Source: Mesoplasma florum L1 (lineage in GTDB: Bacteria > Bacillota_I > Bacilli_A > Mycoplasmatales > Mycoplasmataceae). From it: a DNA stretch of 32,000 bases. Both the position numbers and the translations under genes were made by a program. The notes below the pieces were generated by a model. That model did not search any database and was not told the origin of the DNA. It saw nothing but the letters and a program-made list of their open reading frames with translations. This document shows positions 9,879 to 20,583 of this stretch, piece after piece. The stretch is from assembly GCF_000008305.1 (NCBI RefSeq), contig NC_006055.1, positions 630,001-662,000 on the forward strand. The letters are read 5' to 3'. Each line of letters opens with the position of its first letter. Position 1 is the first letter of the stretch.

Positions 9879-10592
9879 TTAAATAGTTGCATTGTGATAT
9901 ACATTTTGTACATCTTCTAATTCATCAAGTTTATCCAATAAAGTTTGTAATTGTTGTTTTAATTCAGCATCTGAAACTTCAATATAGTCATCTATTGGAA
10001 TTAACTTTATTTCTGACATTAAGTATTCTTCAATACCTAATTCATCAAGTGAGTGTTTAACTGCATTAAATGATTTATATGGAGCTGTAACAATGATCAT
10101 GTCTTCTTCAACTTCAACATCATTTACATCAACTTCACTCATCATTAATTGTTCAAGTACTTCTTCTTCTGTTTTACCTTTAAAAGCAAACATTGAAACT
10201 TCTTCAAACATAAAAGCAACTTTTCCTTCGGGATTACCATGATTTTTATTAAATACTTCTCTAATATTGGCAGCTGCACGGTTAACATTACTTGTTAAAG
10301 CATCAACTATAATTGCTGTATTTCCTGGACCCATACCTTCATATCTATTTGATACGTAGTTTTCTGCGTCTCCTCCAGTTGCTCTTTTAATAGCTCTATC
10401 AATAACTTCTTTTGGAATTTGATTTGATTTGGCTTTATCAATTAAAGCTCTTAATGCTAAGTTTGAAGATGGATCAGATCCACCTGCTTTGGCTGCCATA
10501 TAAATTTCTTTACTTGCTCTACCATTAGCTGCAGATTTTTTTGCAGCTGTTTTAGCCATTGAGGCGGCGCGGACTTCGTGTGCTCTTCCCAT
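9879..10592 (-). CDS. yebC: YebC/PmpR-family DNA-binding transcriptional regulator / translation factor
   Basis: Intact 237-aa ORF beginning MGRAHEVRAASMAKTAAKKSAANGRASKEIYMAAKAGGSDPSSNLALRALIDKAK, the hallmark YebC N-terminus. Confidence 0.9.
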   Translation of the reverse strand: MGRAHEVRAASMAKTAAKKSAANGRASKEIYMAAKAGGSDPSSNLALRALIDKAKSNQIPKEVIDRAIKRATGGDAENYVSNRYEGMGPGNTAIIVDALTSNVNRAAANIREVFNKNHGNPEGKVAFMFEEVSMFAFKGKTEEEVLEQLMMSEVDVNDVEVEEDMIIVTAPYKSFNAVKHSLDELGIEEYLMSEIKLIPIDDYIEVSDAELKQQLQTLLDKLDELEDVQNVYHNATI

Positions 10593-10593
10593 A

Positions 10594-11214
10594 TTAAAAC
10601 TCCTTTTTAATTTTTTCTATATTTCTTATAACTTCTTCAACTTTTTCGTTTAAGTTATCATTGTTTGCATCAATTACTAAAAATGGAAAATCATTTTTAT
10701 GTTCTTGATAATATTCTTCGTATGATTCATTCAATATTTTTCAATAGTTTTTGTCAATGCTTAATTCAGCAGCTCTTCCTCTTTCATTGATTCTTCTAAT
10801 TGAAGTTTCATCTGAAACCTTTAAGTAAACAACTAAATCAAACTTTAATCTATCATTAGGATATCTTAAGTTTTCTGATACAACATATTGGAAAAAATCA
10901 CAATATGTTTTGTAGTCTGTGTCATTAACATTTCCCATTTTATGACCAACATTCATGAAAATCGGATCTTCAATAATTGTTCTGTCAAAAATTTTATTTT
11001 TTAAATCTTTTGCTGCAAATAATTGTTTTGATCTAGCTGTTAACATAAATATTTGCATTCTAAAAGCATAAGCCTTAATATCTTTGTAATAATCTTCAAA
11101 GTAGGGGTTTTCATCTATTGGCTCAGGAAAAATTTCATAATTTAATCTTTCTGATAATTCTTGTGATATTGATGATTTACCTGCTCCTACTGTTCCAAAA
11201 ATTGCTATTTTCAT
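10594..11214 (-). CDS. Deoxynucleoside kinase (dAK/dGK family, 206 aa)
   Basis: ORF 10741-11214 is extended through TGA 10741 to TAA 10594-10596, 1 nt before the yebC ATG. Motifs seen: P-loop FGTVGAGKSS, EPIDENPYFEDYY and RGRAAE. Confidence 0.85.
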
Positions 11215-11227
11215 AATATATACCTCT

Positions 11228-11983
11228 TTATTTAATTTTTAAGTCTTCTTTTCTTTTTGTTGATTGATAAATTCCATAGAATTTTTTAACCTCATGAGGT
11301 TTTAATTCTCTATATCTTCCAACTTCTAAATCATCAACTTCCAAAAATTCAATTTTAGTTCTTTTTAATTTCATTAAGTTAGCTTCAATAGCTGAAAACA
11401 TTTGTTTAACGTGGTGTTTTTTACCTTCTGCAATTGTCATTTCAATAATTGATTGATCTTTTTCTTGATCATAATTTAATAATTCTGCCTGAATTGCTTT
11501 TGTAAAGTAATCATCTTCAATTTTTACACCTTTAAGTAATTGGTTAACTTGTTGTTTTGAAACTTTACCTTTACATAAACCTTGATAAGTTTTAAAGAAT
11601 TCATATCTTGGGTGCATAACAAAATTTGCAAATTCACCATCATTAGTCATTATAATTAAGCCACTAACATCATAATCAAGTCTTCCAACAGGATAAACTC
11701 TAGTTGGTACGTCTTTAAAATAATCTGCAACTGTTTTACGTTGTTTAGGATCATACATTGTTGTTAAAACAAGTCTTGGTTTATTAAATAAATAATAAAA
11801 CTTTTCATTGTTCTTAGTTGTTTGTTTACCGTTAACTTCAATATCAGCATCAGTACTTGTTTTAAAACCAAGTTCAGTGATAACTACACCATTTACTTTA
11901 ACTTTTCCCTCAACTATTAATTTTTCAGCGTTTCTTCTTGAAGTAACACCCCTAGCTGAAATTATTTTCTGTAATCTTTCCAT
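11228..11983 (-). CDS. rluB: 23S rRNA pseudouridine synthase, RsuA/RluB family (S4 domain plus catalytic domain)
   Basis: Intact 251-aa ORF. The N-terminus MERLQKIISARGVTSRRNAEKLIVEGKVKVNG is an S4 domain, and VGRLDYDVSGLIIMTNDG is the catalytic motif. Confidence 0.85.
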   Translation of the reverse strand: MERLQKIISARGVTSRRNAEKLIVEGKVKVNGVVITELGFKTSTDADIEVNGKQTTKNNEKFYYLFNKPRLVLTTMYDPKQRKTVADYFKDVPTRVYPVGRLDYDVSGLIIMTNDGEFANFVMHPRYEFFKTYQGLCKGKVSKQQVNQLLKGVKIEDDYFTKAIQAELLNYDQEKDQSIIEMTIAEGKKHHVKQMFSAIEANLMKLKRTKIEFLEVDDLEVGRYRELKPHEVKKFYGIYQSTKRKEDLKIK

Positions 11984-12612
11984 TAAAACATTCCTTCTGA
12001 GTCATCTTCCTCAAAAACATCTTCTTCTGAGATCATTTCTTCAGTAACTTTAATTTCTTCTTCAAAATTGTTTTCTTCATCTTGATTTTTATATGAAGCA
12101 AAATCTATTTGAGGTAAAGCTTCAAATCCACCTGTTATATTAAATAATTTAAAAAAGTTATCTGTTATTGTATAAAGATTTGCACCTGTTGAAGTTTTAC
12201 CAACTGCTTTAATTAATTTTTTTTGTCTTAATCTATAAATTTGGTATGAACATTCTGCTTGTCTTATCAACTCAATATCATGTTTTGAAATAGGACCTTT
12301 ATAAACAATGATTGATAAAACTTCGATACTTGAATTTGATAATCTTGAATTATTTACTTCTAATTCTAATTTAGCAAAGTATTCGTGCAATTCTGGTTTA
12401 GTTTGTAATCTATATTTATTTTTTCCAAATTTTTGAATTGAAAAAGCACAATCAGGATCTGAAGAATATTTTTTTTCTAATTCTAATATAGCTTCTTGGA
12501 TTGTAACTGGTCTAACATCTTCAAGTACATTTTGTAAGTCTAGTAAACTAATACCATCATCACCATATACGAATAATAAACCCTCAACTATTGCTTTAAT
12601 ATTGCTATTCAT
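11983..12612 (-). CDS. scpB: Segregation and condensation protein B
   Basis: Intact 209-aa ORF containing AIVEGLLFVYGDDGISLLDL. It is translationally coupled to scpA upstream and rluB downstream (1-nt overlap). Confidence 0.85.
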   Translation of the reverse strand: MNSNIKAIVEGLLFVYGDDGISLLDLQNVLEDVRPVTIQEAILELEKKYSSDPDCAFSIQKFGKNKYRLQTKPELHEYFAKLELEVNNSRLSNSSIEVLSIIVYKGPISKHDIELIRQAECSYQIYRLRQKKLIKAVGKTSTGANLYTITDNFFKLFNITGGFEALPQIDFASYKNQDEENNFEEEIKVTEEMISEEDVFEEDDSEGMF

Positions 12613-13438
12613 ATTCTTCTACCTCTTCTATTCTTCTTAATACAGATTCATCAGCTAAAGCTTCAGATGTGAATCTAAATTCTAATGTATCATTCTTTTG
12701 ATTAATAACAGCAACTTGATGTCTTACCATATCTAGTACAGCTAAAAAAGTTGAAATTAAATTAATTAAGTTTAATTCATATCCAGTGATAACTTCTTCA
12801 AGTCTTCACTCTTTATGTTTGTTTGTTTTCATAACATCAACAATTGATCTTGCAATTACTTGTGGAGAAATAATTTCATTTTGGATAGGTGCATAAGCAT
12901 CTTCTAACAACATATTTTCATCATACTCAAAATCTTCATCAAAGTTTTGAGCTCTTTGTAAAATTGATTGGAATATTTCAGCGAATTCGTCAATACCAAT
13001 ATCAAGTGGGTTTACCATTAGTTCATCATTTCTATCTGCAATAGATTGAATAAATGATTTTTTTGTTTTTGGTTTTGAAAAAGTCTTTAAATATTCTTCT
13101 TGTTTATTATAGAAATATTCACTAACTTCTTTAATTTGTCCATATTGATTAATTTGCTCCAATAAATCCTCAAACATCAATTCTTCTTCAGAATCATCAT
13201 CGTCATTTGGAAGCAATATTCTTGATTTCATTTCAATCATTTGAGCTGCTAAAACTAAATATTCACTAGCTAATTCAATATCTAATTTTTGTTGTCCCTC
13301 AATATATTTTAAATATTGATCAATTATTTCACTTAAATTAATTTCAAAGATATCAATCTTTTTATCTTTAACCATGTTTCACAATAGGTCTAAAGGACCT
13401 GAGAAATTGGAAATATTTAATTCGTCTCAATGTTGCAT
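12605..13438 (-). CDS. scpA: Segregation and condensation protein A (kleisin)
   Basis: ORF 12806-13375 is extended at both ends through TGA (12806, 13379, 13427). ATG 13436-13438 has an AAGGAG RBS. The N-terminus is MQHWDELNISNFSGPLDLLWNMVKDKKIDIFEINLSEIIDQYL. The TAG stop at 12605-12607 overlaps scpB by 8 nt. Confidence 0.85.
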
Positions 13439-13488
13439 GTTATTTCTCCTTGTTTATTTACTATTTTATAATAAATAAAATTCTTTTC

Positions 13489-14328
13489 CTATTTATTAAC
13501 TTGATTTAATTTTATTAATTTTAGTAATTCGTCATCGTTTTTTAAATCTCTATGCATTTGAATTAATGTTCGAGCAACTAAAACGAATAATAGTTCTGTT
13601 TCTAATGCTATGTTATATTTTGATTTTGGATCTGTAAAAGAATGTTCTAGATTGTTTCTTAATTTTCTTATGTAATGAAATGAAACTGATTTATTTAATA
13701 TTTTTAAATAATCTGCAAAAGCTAATTTTCTAACTGTTGTTTTGAATAGTGGCATTGATACTGAATCAAAATCTTTTGTAAAAATAAAATTACTTTTAAC
13801 ATCAATGCTCTTTAAATTGTATTTATCCACAAAAAATACATTAATAAACATTAACTTATCAAAAATTGAATATAAATATTTATACATAACCAATTGATCA
13901 TGAAATTCTAGTTCATTAATTGCAAATCTCTCATTGACACTATCATATGATTTGCTTTTAGAAGATTTATTAATGTAATAGTTAACAATCATTTTTATTT
14001 CAGAATAAATATAAAAGTCAAAAAAGTAATTTTTAATTGTCATTAAAGAAAGTAGAGTTTTTAAAAGATATAAAAATTCATGTGTATCTTTTGTTGAAAC
14101 AACTTTTTTACTTGGTTTAATATCAATATCTAAAATTCTATTATTTTTGATCAAATTAATATTAAGTCTGTGAGAAATTGTTGAATCTTTTAAAATTACT
14201 TCATCAATCATATTTGCGATAAAAAATAAAATATCGTCAGCTTCAGACTGCTTAATTCTTTTATTCTTAACTATTTTAATTAATTGTTTTATTTTTTCTG
14301 AATAATCAATTAATTTTAATTCATTCAT
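13489..14328 (-). CDS. Hypothetical 279-aa protein with a C-terminal HEPN-like Rx4H motif (candidate RNase/toxin)
   Basis: Intact ORF starting at ATG 14326-14328 with an AAAGGAG RBS. No housekeeping family was recognised. Residues 221-230, RKLRNNLEHS (nt 13642-13659 for R224..H229), fit the HEPN active-site signature R-N-x-L-x-H. The sequence looks helical throughout. The gene is markedly AT-rich. Confidence 0.4.
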   Translation of the reverse strand: MNELKLIDYSEKIKQLIKIVKNKRIKQSEADDILFFIANMIDEVILKDSTISHRLNINLIKNNRILDIDIKPSKKVVSTKDTHEFLYLLKTLLSLMTIKNYFFDFYIYSEIKMIVNYYINKSSKSKSYDSVNERFAINELEFHDQLVMYKYLYSIFDKLMFINVFFVDKYNLKSIDVKSNFIFTKDFDSVSMPLFKTTVRKLAFADYLKILNKSVSFHYIRKLRNNLEHSFTDPKSKYNIALETELLFVLVARTLIQMHRDLKNDDELLKLIKLNQVNK

Positions 14329-14344
14329 AAATTTCTCCTTTCTT

Positions 14345-14914
14345 TTAATTACTAATTATTTCAAATGCATTTGCATGTCATTTATAAATTCTAATGAATA
14401 TTTCATTTTGTTCTTTAAAAAATGATTTAATCATTTCACCAGTTATTTTATTGTCTAACTGTTCATTATGTTCTATTAATTTTTTATCTGAAAAAATAAT
14501 AACTTGTTTTTTTATTCATTCAGCTAATTTAGCCGCATGTTGCTTTTCTTCTAAAGTTAAAGTTTTGTTATTATATTTAACTTCAAAATCATCTTTAATA
14601 TCAGAATTTAAATTTTTATAAGTTATAACTTCTTTAAACATTGTTTGTTTAATTGACTCATGAAATTTATTTTCAAAATCATCTATTTCTTCTTGTTCAA
14701 TAAACAACATACCAAATAAATCAGAAGGCTTAACAAATTTATGATTATTATATGAAGCTATTTTACTAACTACTTCTTCAAACTTTTCGTAAAGTGATTT
14801 GCTTATTGTAATTTTATTTTCATTTTCAAAATATTTTATAAAATCACGAAATACTTTATTATTTAAATTTTCATCTATTTTAATATCATTAATTTTTTCA
14901 AAATTATTTTTCAT
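14345..14914 (-). CDS. Hypothetical 189-aa Glu/Lys-rich protein, upstream partner of the HEPN-like gene
   Basis: ORF 14516-14914 is extended through TGA 14516 and 14378 to TAA 14345-14347. ATG 14912-14914 has an AAGAGGA RBS. The stop lies 16 nt before the next ATG. No family motif was recognised, and there is no GS...DxD nucleotidyltransferase signature. Confidence 0.6.
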
Positions 14915-14923
14915 ATATTCCTC

Positions 14924-16408
14924 TTATTCTGTAACTATTCTTGAATTAATTTTTCTTTCAACTGATTGTTTTTCATACTCAGAAAAAATATGTTTAATAT
15001 TTGCGTAATCAACAAATTCTGCAATAACTTGATCAATTCAAATAACTGTTAAAAATAAATAAATACTATTTATAAAGAATAAAGCTGCTGCAGTTATTCT
15101 AATAACAATTTTTAAATTATTCTCAAAAGCAATAATATTATCTATATTTGTTTCTGCAATTATTGCTTCAATTGATTGGTAAGTAAATAAACCAGATTTA
15201 GTATAAATAATTGAATTAAAAACAAAAATAACTAAGAATTGACCTACAAGTAATGCTGAGGCGATAAAACCAGTTACTGGAACACCTTTTGTTGCTCTAT
15301 AGTTTCACATAATTGCGAATCCAAATCACATGTAAAATAATATAAAATATGACGCACCAAATATTAAATTAGAAATAACCATTCAAGTAGGATTAATAAT
15401 AAATGTACTAATTAATAGTGCTATTCCTGAGATTACAATTAGACCATAAATTAGATTTTTAACTCCAATCTTTGGTAATAAAATTTTATACAATGTATAA
15501 CCTATTGCAAATTGTCCAAATATAAATAATGCTTGGTATTTTCTATCTAAAGTTGATAATCATTCAACGTCATTATTACTTATTTTTGAATTTGTTACAA
15601 AATACATTCTAAATATTGGTGACTGAACAAAACCATAAATAACACCCAGTAATAAAGTTAAAATAATTAATTTTACCAAAGTTGATTTAGAGTATTTTAT
15701 TAATTCCTCTTTTAAAACTAATCTAAATTCACCAATTTTATTTTTATTTTCTGTTCCAATTTTAAAACTTATTAATAAAGAAATTAACAGACAGATAATT
15801 ACAAAAATATTTAGAATTATAAGTTTATCAGTTAGGAAGTTATTTAAACTTATTATTCAATTACCAATAAATGTTGCAAATGTTATAACAAACCCAACTG
15901 AGAAAGAAACTTTTAATGCAAATAGTCTATTGTATTTTTGCTCATTTAAATATAAAAAGTATAAACTCTGTGAAGAAATGCTTATGGCCAATATAATCGC
16001 TTGCAAAATAATAATAAATTTAAATCAAGCACTGTCATTTAATGGAATCAATAAAAGCATTGAAGCAGCAATTGACGCAATAATTGAAGATCTTATTCAT
16101 ATATTTCTGCTTCTAATTTTTCCTGTTATTCAAGTTGCTAGTGGTTTCATTAAAATAGCAAATAAAATTGAACTACCAAATAATAGCAATACAACAATTA
16201 TGGCTGGTGGTGTGTTATGAAAAGTATCAGTTAAAATGTTTGAATTTTCTTGTATCAAAATAGCATTCATAACTCATACGATTAAAGTCTGCATATAAAA
16301 TCAAAATAATTTTTTTTCAAAATTAAGTTTTTTGTAAATGAAGTATAAGAATAAAAAACCTAAAACAATTACAAAAGGAACAACAATAATTAAATCTCAA
16401 TTATTCAT
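14924..16408 (-). CDS. Polytopic membrane transporter-like protein (MFS-like, 494 aa)
   Basis: This gene is invisible in the ORF track because of frequent TGA codons. I checked the frame codon by codon and found no TAA/TAG from 14927 to ATG 16406-16408. About 12 hydrophobic segments are present. The start lies 1 nt after the argS stop. Confidence 0.6.
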
Positions 16409-16409
16409 G

Positions 16410-18071
16410 TTACATTGTTTCTAAAGCACTGACACCAATGATGTTAAATGCATTAGTCAATACTTGTAAAACAGACAATACCAATCCCAATCTTGCTTCA
16501 CTTGTTGGCACATCATTTTCATCAAGAATTTTTGTATCAGCATAGTATGAGTGGAATTGTTTACATACAGTTTGAATGTATTCACATATTAATTGAGGCG
16601 CTCTATTTTTTGCAGACATTTGGATAACTTGATTGAAGTTGTCTAATGTTAACAATAACTCAACTTCTTTTTTGTTTGATAATAAGTTAGATACGTTTAA
16701 ATTTGCTTTTATATTTTTTTGATCAGCTTGATTTAAAATTGAATGACATCTTGCTGTTGCATATTGAGCATAGTAAACAGGGTTTGTTGCATTTTTTTGT
16801 TGAACTAAATCTAAATCTAAATCCATGTGTGAACTACTTGATTTAGAAGCTAACATATATCTTAAAGCATCTTTTCCAACCATTTCCATAATGTCAACTA
16901 ATCAAACAGCAGTACCTTTTCTTTTACTCATTTTGTATTCTTTACCATCTTTAATAAGCCTTACCATTTGGACCATTTCAATTTCTAAAATGTCAGGATT
17001 ATGGCCTAAAAGTTGTAGTCCTGCTCTCATTCTAGGAATATATCCGTGGTGATCTCCACCTCAGATGTTAATTAAAACATCTGCATGAGTTCTTTGAATT
17101 CTAATGTTGTGAGTAGCTAGATCAGGAACAATGTAAGTTAGTGATCCGTCTTTTTTAACAAGAACACGATCTTTGTCATCCCCAAATTCAGTTGTTTTCA
17201 ATCATAAAGCTCCATCTGCTTCATAAGTAGCATTTTTTTCTTTATATTCTTTTAAAAGTTTTTCAATCTGATTTGTATCATACATTTCTTGTTCACTTGA
17301 ATAATGATCAATAACTACACCAAAATCTTTTAATTGTTGTTTGATTTCAGTTAAGAAATGTTGAACTGCTTCTTTTCTAAAAATTTGGTGAGTTTCTTCA
17401 TCTGAAATAGCTGTTTCAGTAAAAGTTAAATTTTTAAATTTATCACCATATTTTTGAATCATTATATTTGCTAAATCATCATAAAATGTTCCACCATAAG
17501 TATTAGCAGGTTTTTCTGTTTCAATACCTAAAGCTCAAAGATAATGAACAAAAACAGTAACTGCTAAAATATTTATTTGATTACCAGCATCGTTTGTGTA
17601 GAATTCAGTCTGAACTTCATAACCATCAAATTTCAAAACCTCTTCTAATACTGATCCTGTTACCGCATTTCTTGCATGACCTACGTGTAAAAATCCAGTT
17701 GGGTTAGCTGATACGTATTCAATATTAATAATTTTATTCTTAATTTTATTTTTACCGTACGCTTCTTTTAAAGTTGTAATATTTTTAATTGTTGTTGAAA
17801 GCAATTCTGTTTTTAATTTAATGTTAATAAAACCTGGTCCAGCAATTTCTATTTGGTCATAGTAATCTTTTTGTAATAATTCATTTTTAATATTTTCTGC
17901 TAATTGAATAGGATTTTGTTTCAACTCTTTTGCACTCATTAAAGCAAGAGTTGTAGAAAAATGACTATCAATATTATTTTTGTTAATTTCAACAATTGGG
18001 TCTTTTGATATATTAAATTTTTGCGCAATTTCTTTTAAGTCTTTTTTGACTATGCTAATTATGTTTTCCAT
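16410..18071 (-). CDS. argS: Arginine--tRNA ligase
   Basis: Three fragments (16410-16889, 17202-17462, 17535-18083) share a frame and are joined through TGA with no TAA/TAG. The start is ATG 18069-18071 after an AGGTGG RBS; the track start at 18083 is GTG. The protein has the HIGH-type signature [15 protein letters not shown] and the typical ArgS C-terminus ending ...ETM. Confidence 0.95.
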
Positions 18072-18092
18072 TTTTATTCCCACCTTCTAAGG

Positions 18093-18119
18093 AAAAAACA
18101 TTTGTATAACAAATGTTTT
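18093..18119 (-). terminator. Strong hairpin terminator after frr, abutting the argS RBS
   Basis: The minus strand reads AAAACATTTGT-TAT-ACAAATGTTTT (11-bp stem), then TTCCTTAGAAGGTGGG and the argS ATG. Confidence 0.7.
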
Positions 18120-18122
18120 AAT

Positions 18123-18668
18123 CTATATTGCCATTAATTCTTTTTCTTTAACTTTTGATATTTCGTCTAATTGCTTAATACTTGAGTCTGTTAATTTTTG
18201 AATATCTGTTTCAATACCTTTAACAACATCTTCACTTATTGATTTATCTTTTTTAGCTGTATCGATTGAATCTCTACGAATATTTCTAATACGTACTTTA
18301 AAGTTTTCTAATTCTTTATTCATTTTTTTAACTAAATCTTTTCTGATTTCTTCTGTTAAAGCTGGTATGTTTATTCTTACAACCTCAGCATCAGAAACTG
18401 GATTTAAATTTAAATCTGATTTATTAATTGCTGCAACCACTTCTTGAATTAAAGTTTTGTCTCAAGGTTTGATTACTAACAATTGTGGTTCAGGTGTTGA
18501 TATTTGAGCAGTTTGATTAACGGGAGTTGGAGTTCCATAGTAATTAACCATAACTTTGTCTAGCATTGTAGCACTTGCTCTACCTGTTCTAATTGTTTTT
18601 ATATGTTCTTGTCAAGCAACAACAGTATCTTCCATTTGTTGTTCTGCTATTAATAAAATTTCATCCAT
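18123..18668 (-). CDS. frr: Ribosome recycling factor
   Basis: ORF 18123-18440 is extended upstream through TGA (18462, 18610) to ATG 18666-18668, which has an AGAGGAAA RBS. The protein contains ...[27 protein letters not shown]... and ...RNIRRD... Confidence 0.95.
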
Positions 18669-18679
18669 ATTTTTTTCCT

Positions 18680-19396
18680 CTATTCTTCTATTATTGTTGA
18701 TTCTAATGAACCTTCCATAACCTTAATTATGTTGTTTTGTCCTTGCATGTCAAATACTTCAATTGGAAGTTTTGCATCCTTAGCCAATGTTGCAGCTGTT
18801 AAATCCATTACGCGTAATTGATTTTCAGCTATTTCACGATGAGTTAATTTTTTATAAAATTTTGCATTCGGATTTAAATTTGGATCTGAGTCATAAACTC
18901 CTTTTACTCCATTTTTTGCCATCAATACTGCATCAGCACCAATTTCGATTGCACGGATTACTGAATTAGTATCTGTTGTAAAGTAAGAGAACCCTGTACC
19001 ACCAACAAAAATTGAAATGTAGCCTTCATTCATTTTTAAACGAGCTCTTTTAAAGTTGTAATCATCTGTAACTGTTTCAATTGGTAAAGAAGAATAAACA
19101 TTAACTTTGTCATATCCTAATCGTTTGATAGTTGATTCAAGTGCTAAACCATTCATAACAGTTGCTAACATTCCCATGTAGTCAGCATTAATTTGTGGCA
19201 TATCAATATCAGTTCCAAGTTTACCTCTTCAGATATTTCCTCCACCAATAACGATTCCTAATTTTAATCCATTTTTTGCTAACTCAACAATTTGTTTAGC
19301 AATGTCTTCTAATTTTTCTTTGTTGTAAATTTCATTTTCGCTTTTTAAAGCTTCACCGCTCAGTTTTAATAAAACTGTACTATATTTATATTTCAT
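18680..19396 (-). CDS. pyrH: UMP kinase
   Basis: Fragments 18680-19201 and 19229-19441 are joined at TGA 19229. The true start is ATG 19394-19396 (MKYKYSTVLLKLSGEAL) after a GAGGT RBS. Confidence 0.95.
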
Positions 19397-19442
19397 ATTA
19401 AATACCTCATTCATCTTATTTATTATACCCAAAATAGACAAT

Positions 19443-19469
19443 AAAAAAAGTATTCATAATAGAATACTT
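19443..19469 (-). terminator. Rho-independent terminator after the 105-aa membrane protein gene
   Basis: The minus strand reads AAGTATTC-TATTAT-GAATACTT followed by TTTTTTTAT. Confidence 0.65.
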
Positions 19470-19474
19470 GCTAT

Positions 19475-19792
19475 TTATTTTAGGTTATTTTTTAATAAAT
19501 TTTTATCTTTTATGAAAAATAAATAAACTGTTAATATAACTGAAATAAATTCGAGTAATATAGTTATTAAATTCAGAATTCCTCAAGAATTATATAATGT
19601 GTTCATTGTAATCAAAGTATATGTGAATAGACTTATAGATATTATTAGTAAAAATAAAATATAAAAAATTTTATAAGAAATTTGCTTCTTTTTTATCATT
19701 AGAAATAAAAAATAAATAGATACAATAAATGAAACAAAAGATATTAAAATTGCTGAAGTTATTTGTAGTATTTCTATAGTTGAATATCTCAT
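19475..19792 (-). CDS. Small membrane protein (105 aa, about 3 TM helices)
   Basis: ORF 19583-19792 is extended through TGA 19583 to TAA 19475-19477. The protein is strongly hydrophobic. Confidence 0.6.
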
Positions 19793-19793
19793 T

Positions 19794-20537
19794 TTAAAAT
19801 CCTAACTTTCCATAGTTTGATCAATATGATTCAGAATTTTTTGTAAAGTTTGAAAATTTATATCCTTTTTCTTGAAGTGTTTCAATAAATTCAGGTAACC
19901 ACTCTTTTGCATAATCTCTAGTATGGGCAACAAAAATTTGACCTTTTTTTAAATTATCCATATATTGTTTAATAATTTCATTTTTACCGGTTTTTTCTTC
20001 TAAAAAATCTGTTCCTAAATATCCTCTAACTCAAAATGGATTTTTAACTTTACTTTGCACATATCCTAATCCTCTATAATATTGAAGATAAGGCATCCTA
20101 ATTGGTATATCTTTTGATTCAACAATTTTGCCATTTTCGGCATAGGCTTTAATTATCATGTCATTTACATTGTTTAATTCTTTAACTAATTGCTTTTGAT
20201 CATTTATATATTCATTATGATAATAAGAATGATTACCAAGCGTGTGCCCTTCATTTACCATTCTATCTACAACTCTTTTTACTCCTGGTTCTGTTTCATA
20301 TTTTTCTAAATTAATACCGGTCATAAAAAAAGTAGCCTTTATATTATATTGTTTTAAAATATCTAAAATTTGTTCATCAGCAGACGCTGATGGACCATCA
20401 TCAAAAGTTAACATAACAACTTTTTCCTTTGTTTTTATTTTATTTACTTCTTTATTATGACTCATTGAAATAAAACTAAAAATAAAGCATATTAACATTA
20501 AAAAAAATATTATAAGTTTATAAATTTGTTTTTTCAT
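19794..20537 (-). CDS. Polysaccharide deacetylase (NodB homology domain) with an N-terminal membrane anchor (247 aa)
   Basis: ORF 20031-20537 is extended through TGA (20031, 19821) to TAA 19794-19796. An N-terminal TM helix is followed by VVMLTFDDGPS...ATFFMTG...GHTLGNHSYYH, the NodB motifs 1-3. Confidence 0.8.
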
Positions 20538-20555
20538 TTTGTTCCTTCTTGTAGA

Positions 20556-20580
20556 ATAAAAGCACTCCTAAGAATGCTTT
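20556..20580 (-). terminator. Putative terminator after the 186-aa membrane protein gene
   Basis: The minus strand reads AAAGCATTC-TTAG-GAGTGCTTT followed by TATTCT. The stem has one mismatch. Confidence 0.4.
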
Positions 20581-20583
20581 AAA

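Noticed and set aside
13489-14914. Interpretation of the cassette as a canonical MntA-HepT (nucleotidyltransferase-HEPN) toxin-antitoxin pair.
   Set aside because: The upstream 189-aa protein shows no GS-x(n)-DxD minimal nucleotidyltransferase signature. The HEPN-motif protein is about twice the size of HepT. I therefore kept only the weaker claim of a HEPN-motif protein with an unknown partner.
16410-18083. Apparent fragmentation of argS into pseudogene pieces. The same pattern appears for pcrA, the ABC exporter, rpsB, trmD, rbgA, the GT2 gene and others.
   Set aside because: All breaks are in-frame TGA codons in otherwise uninterrupted frames, and the conserved sequence continues across them. 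This is code-4 Trp, not gene decay.
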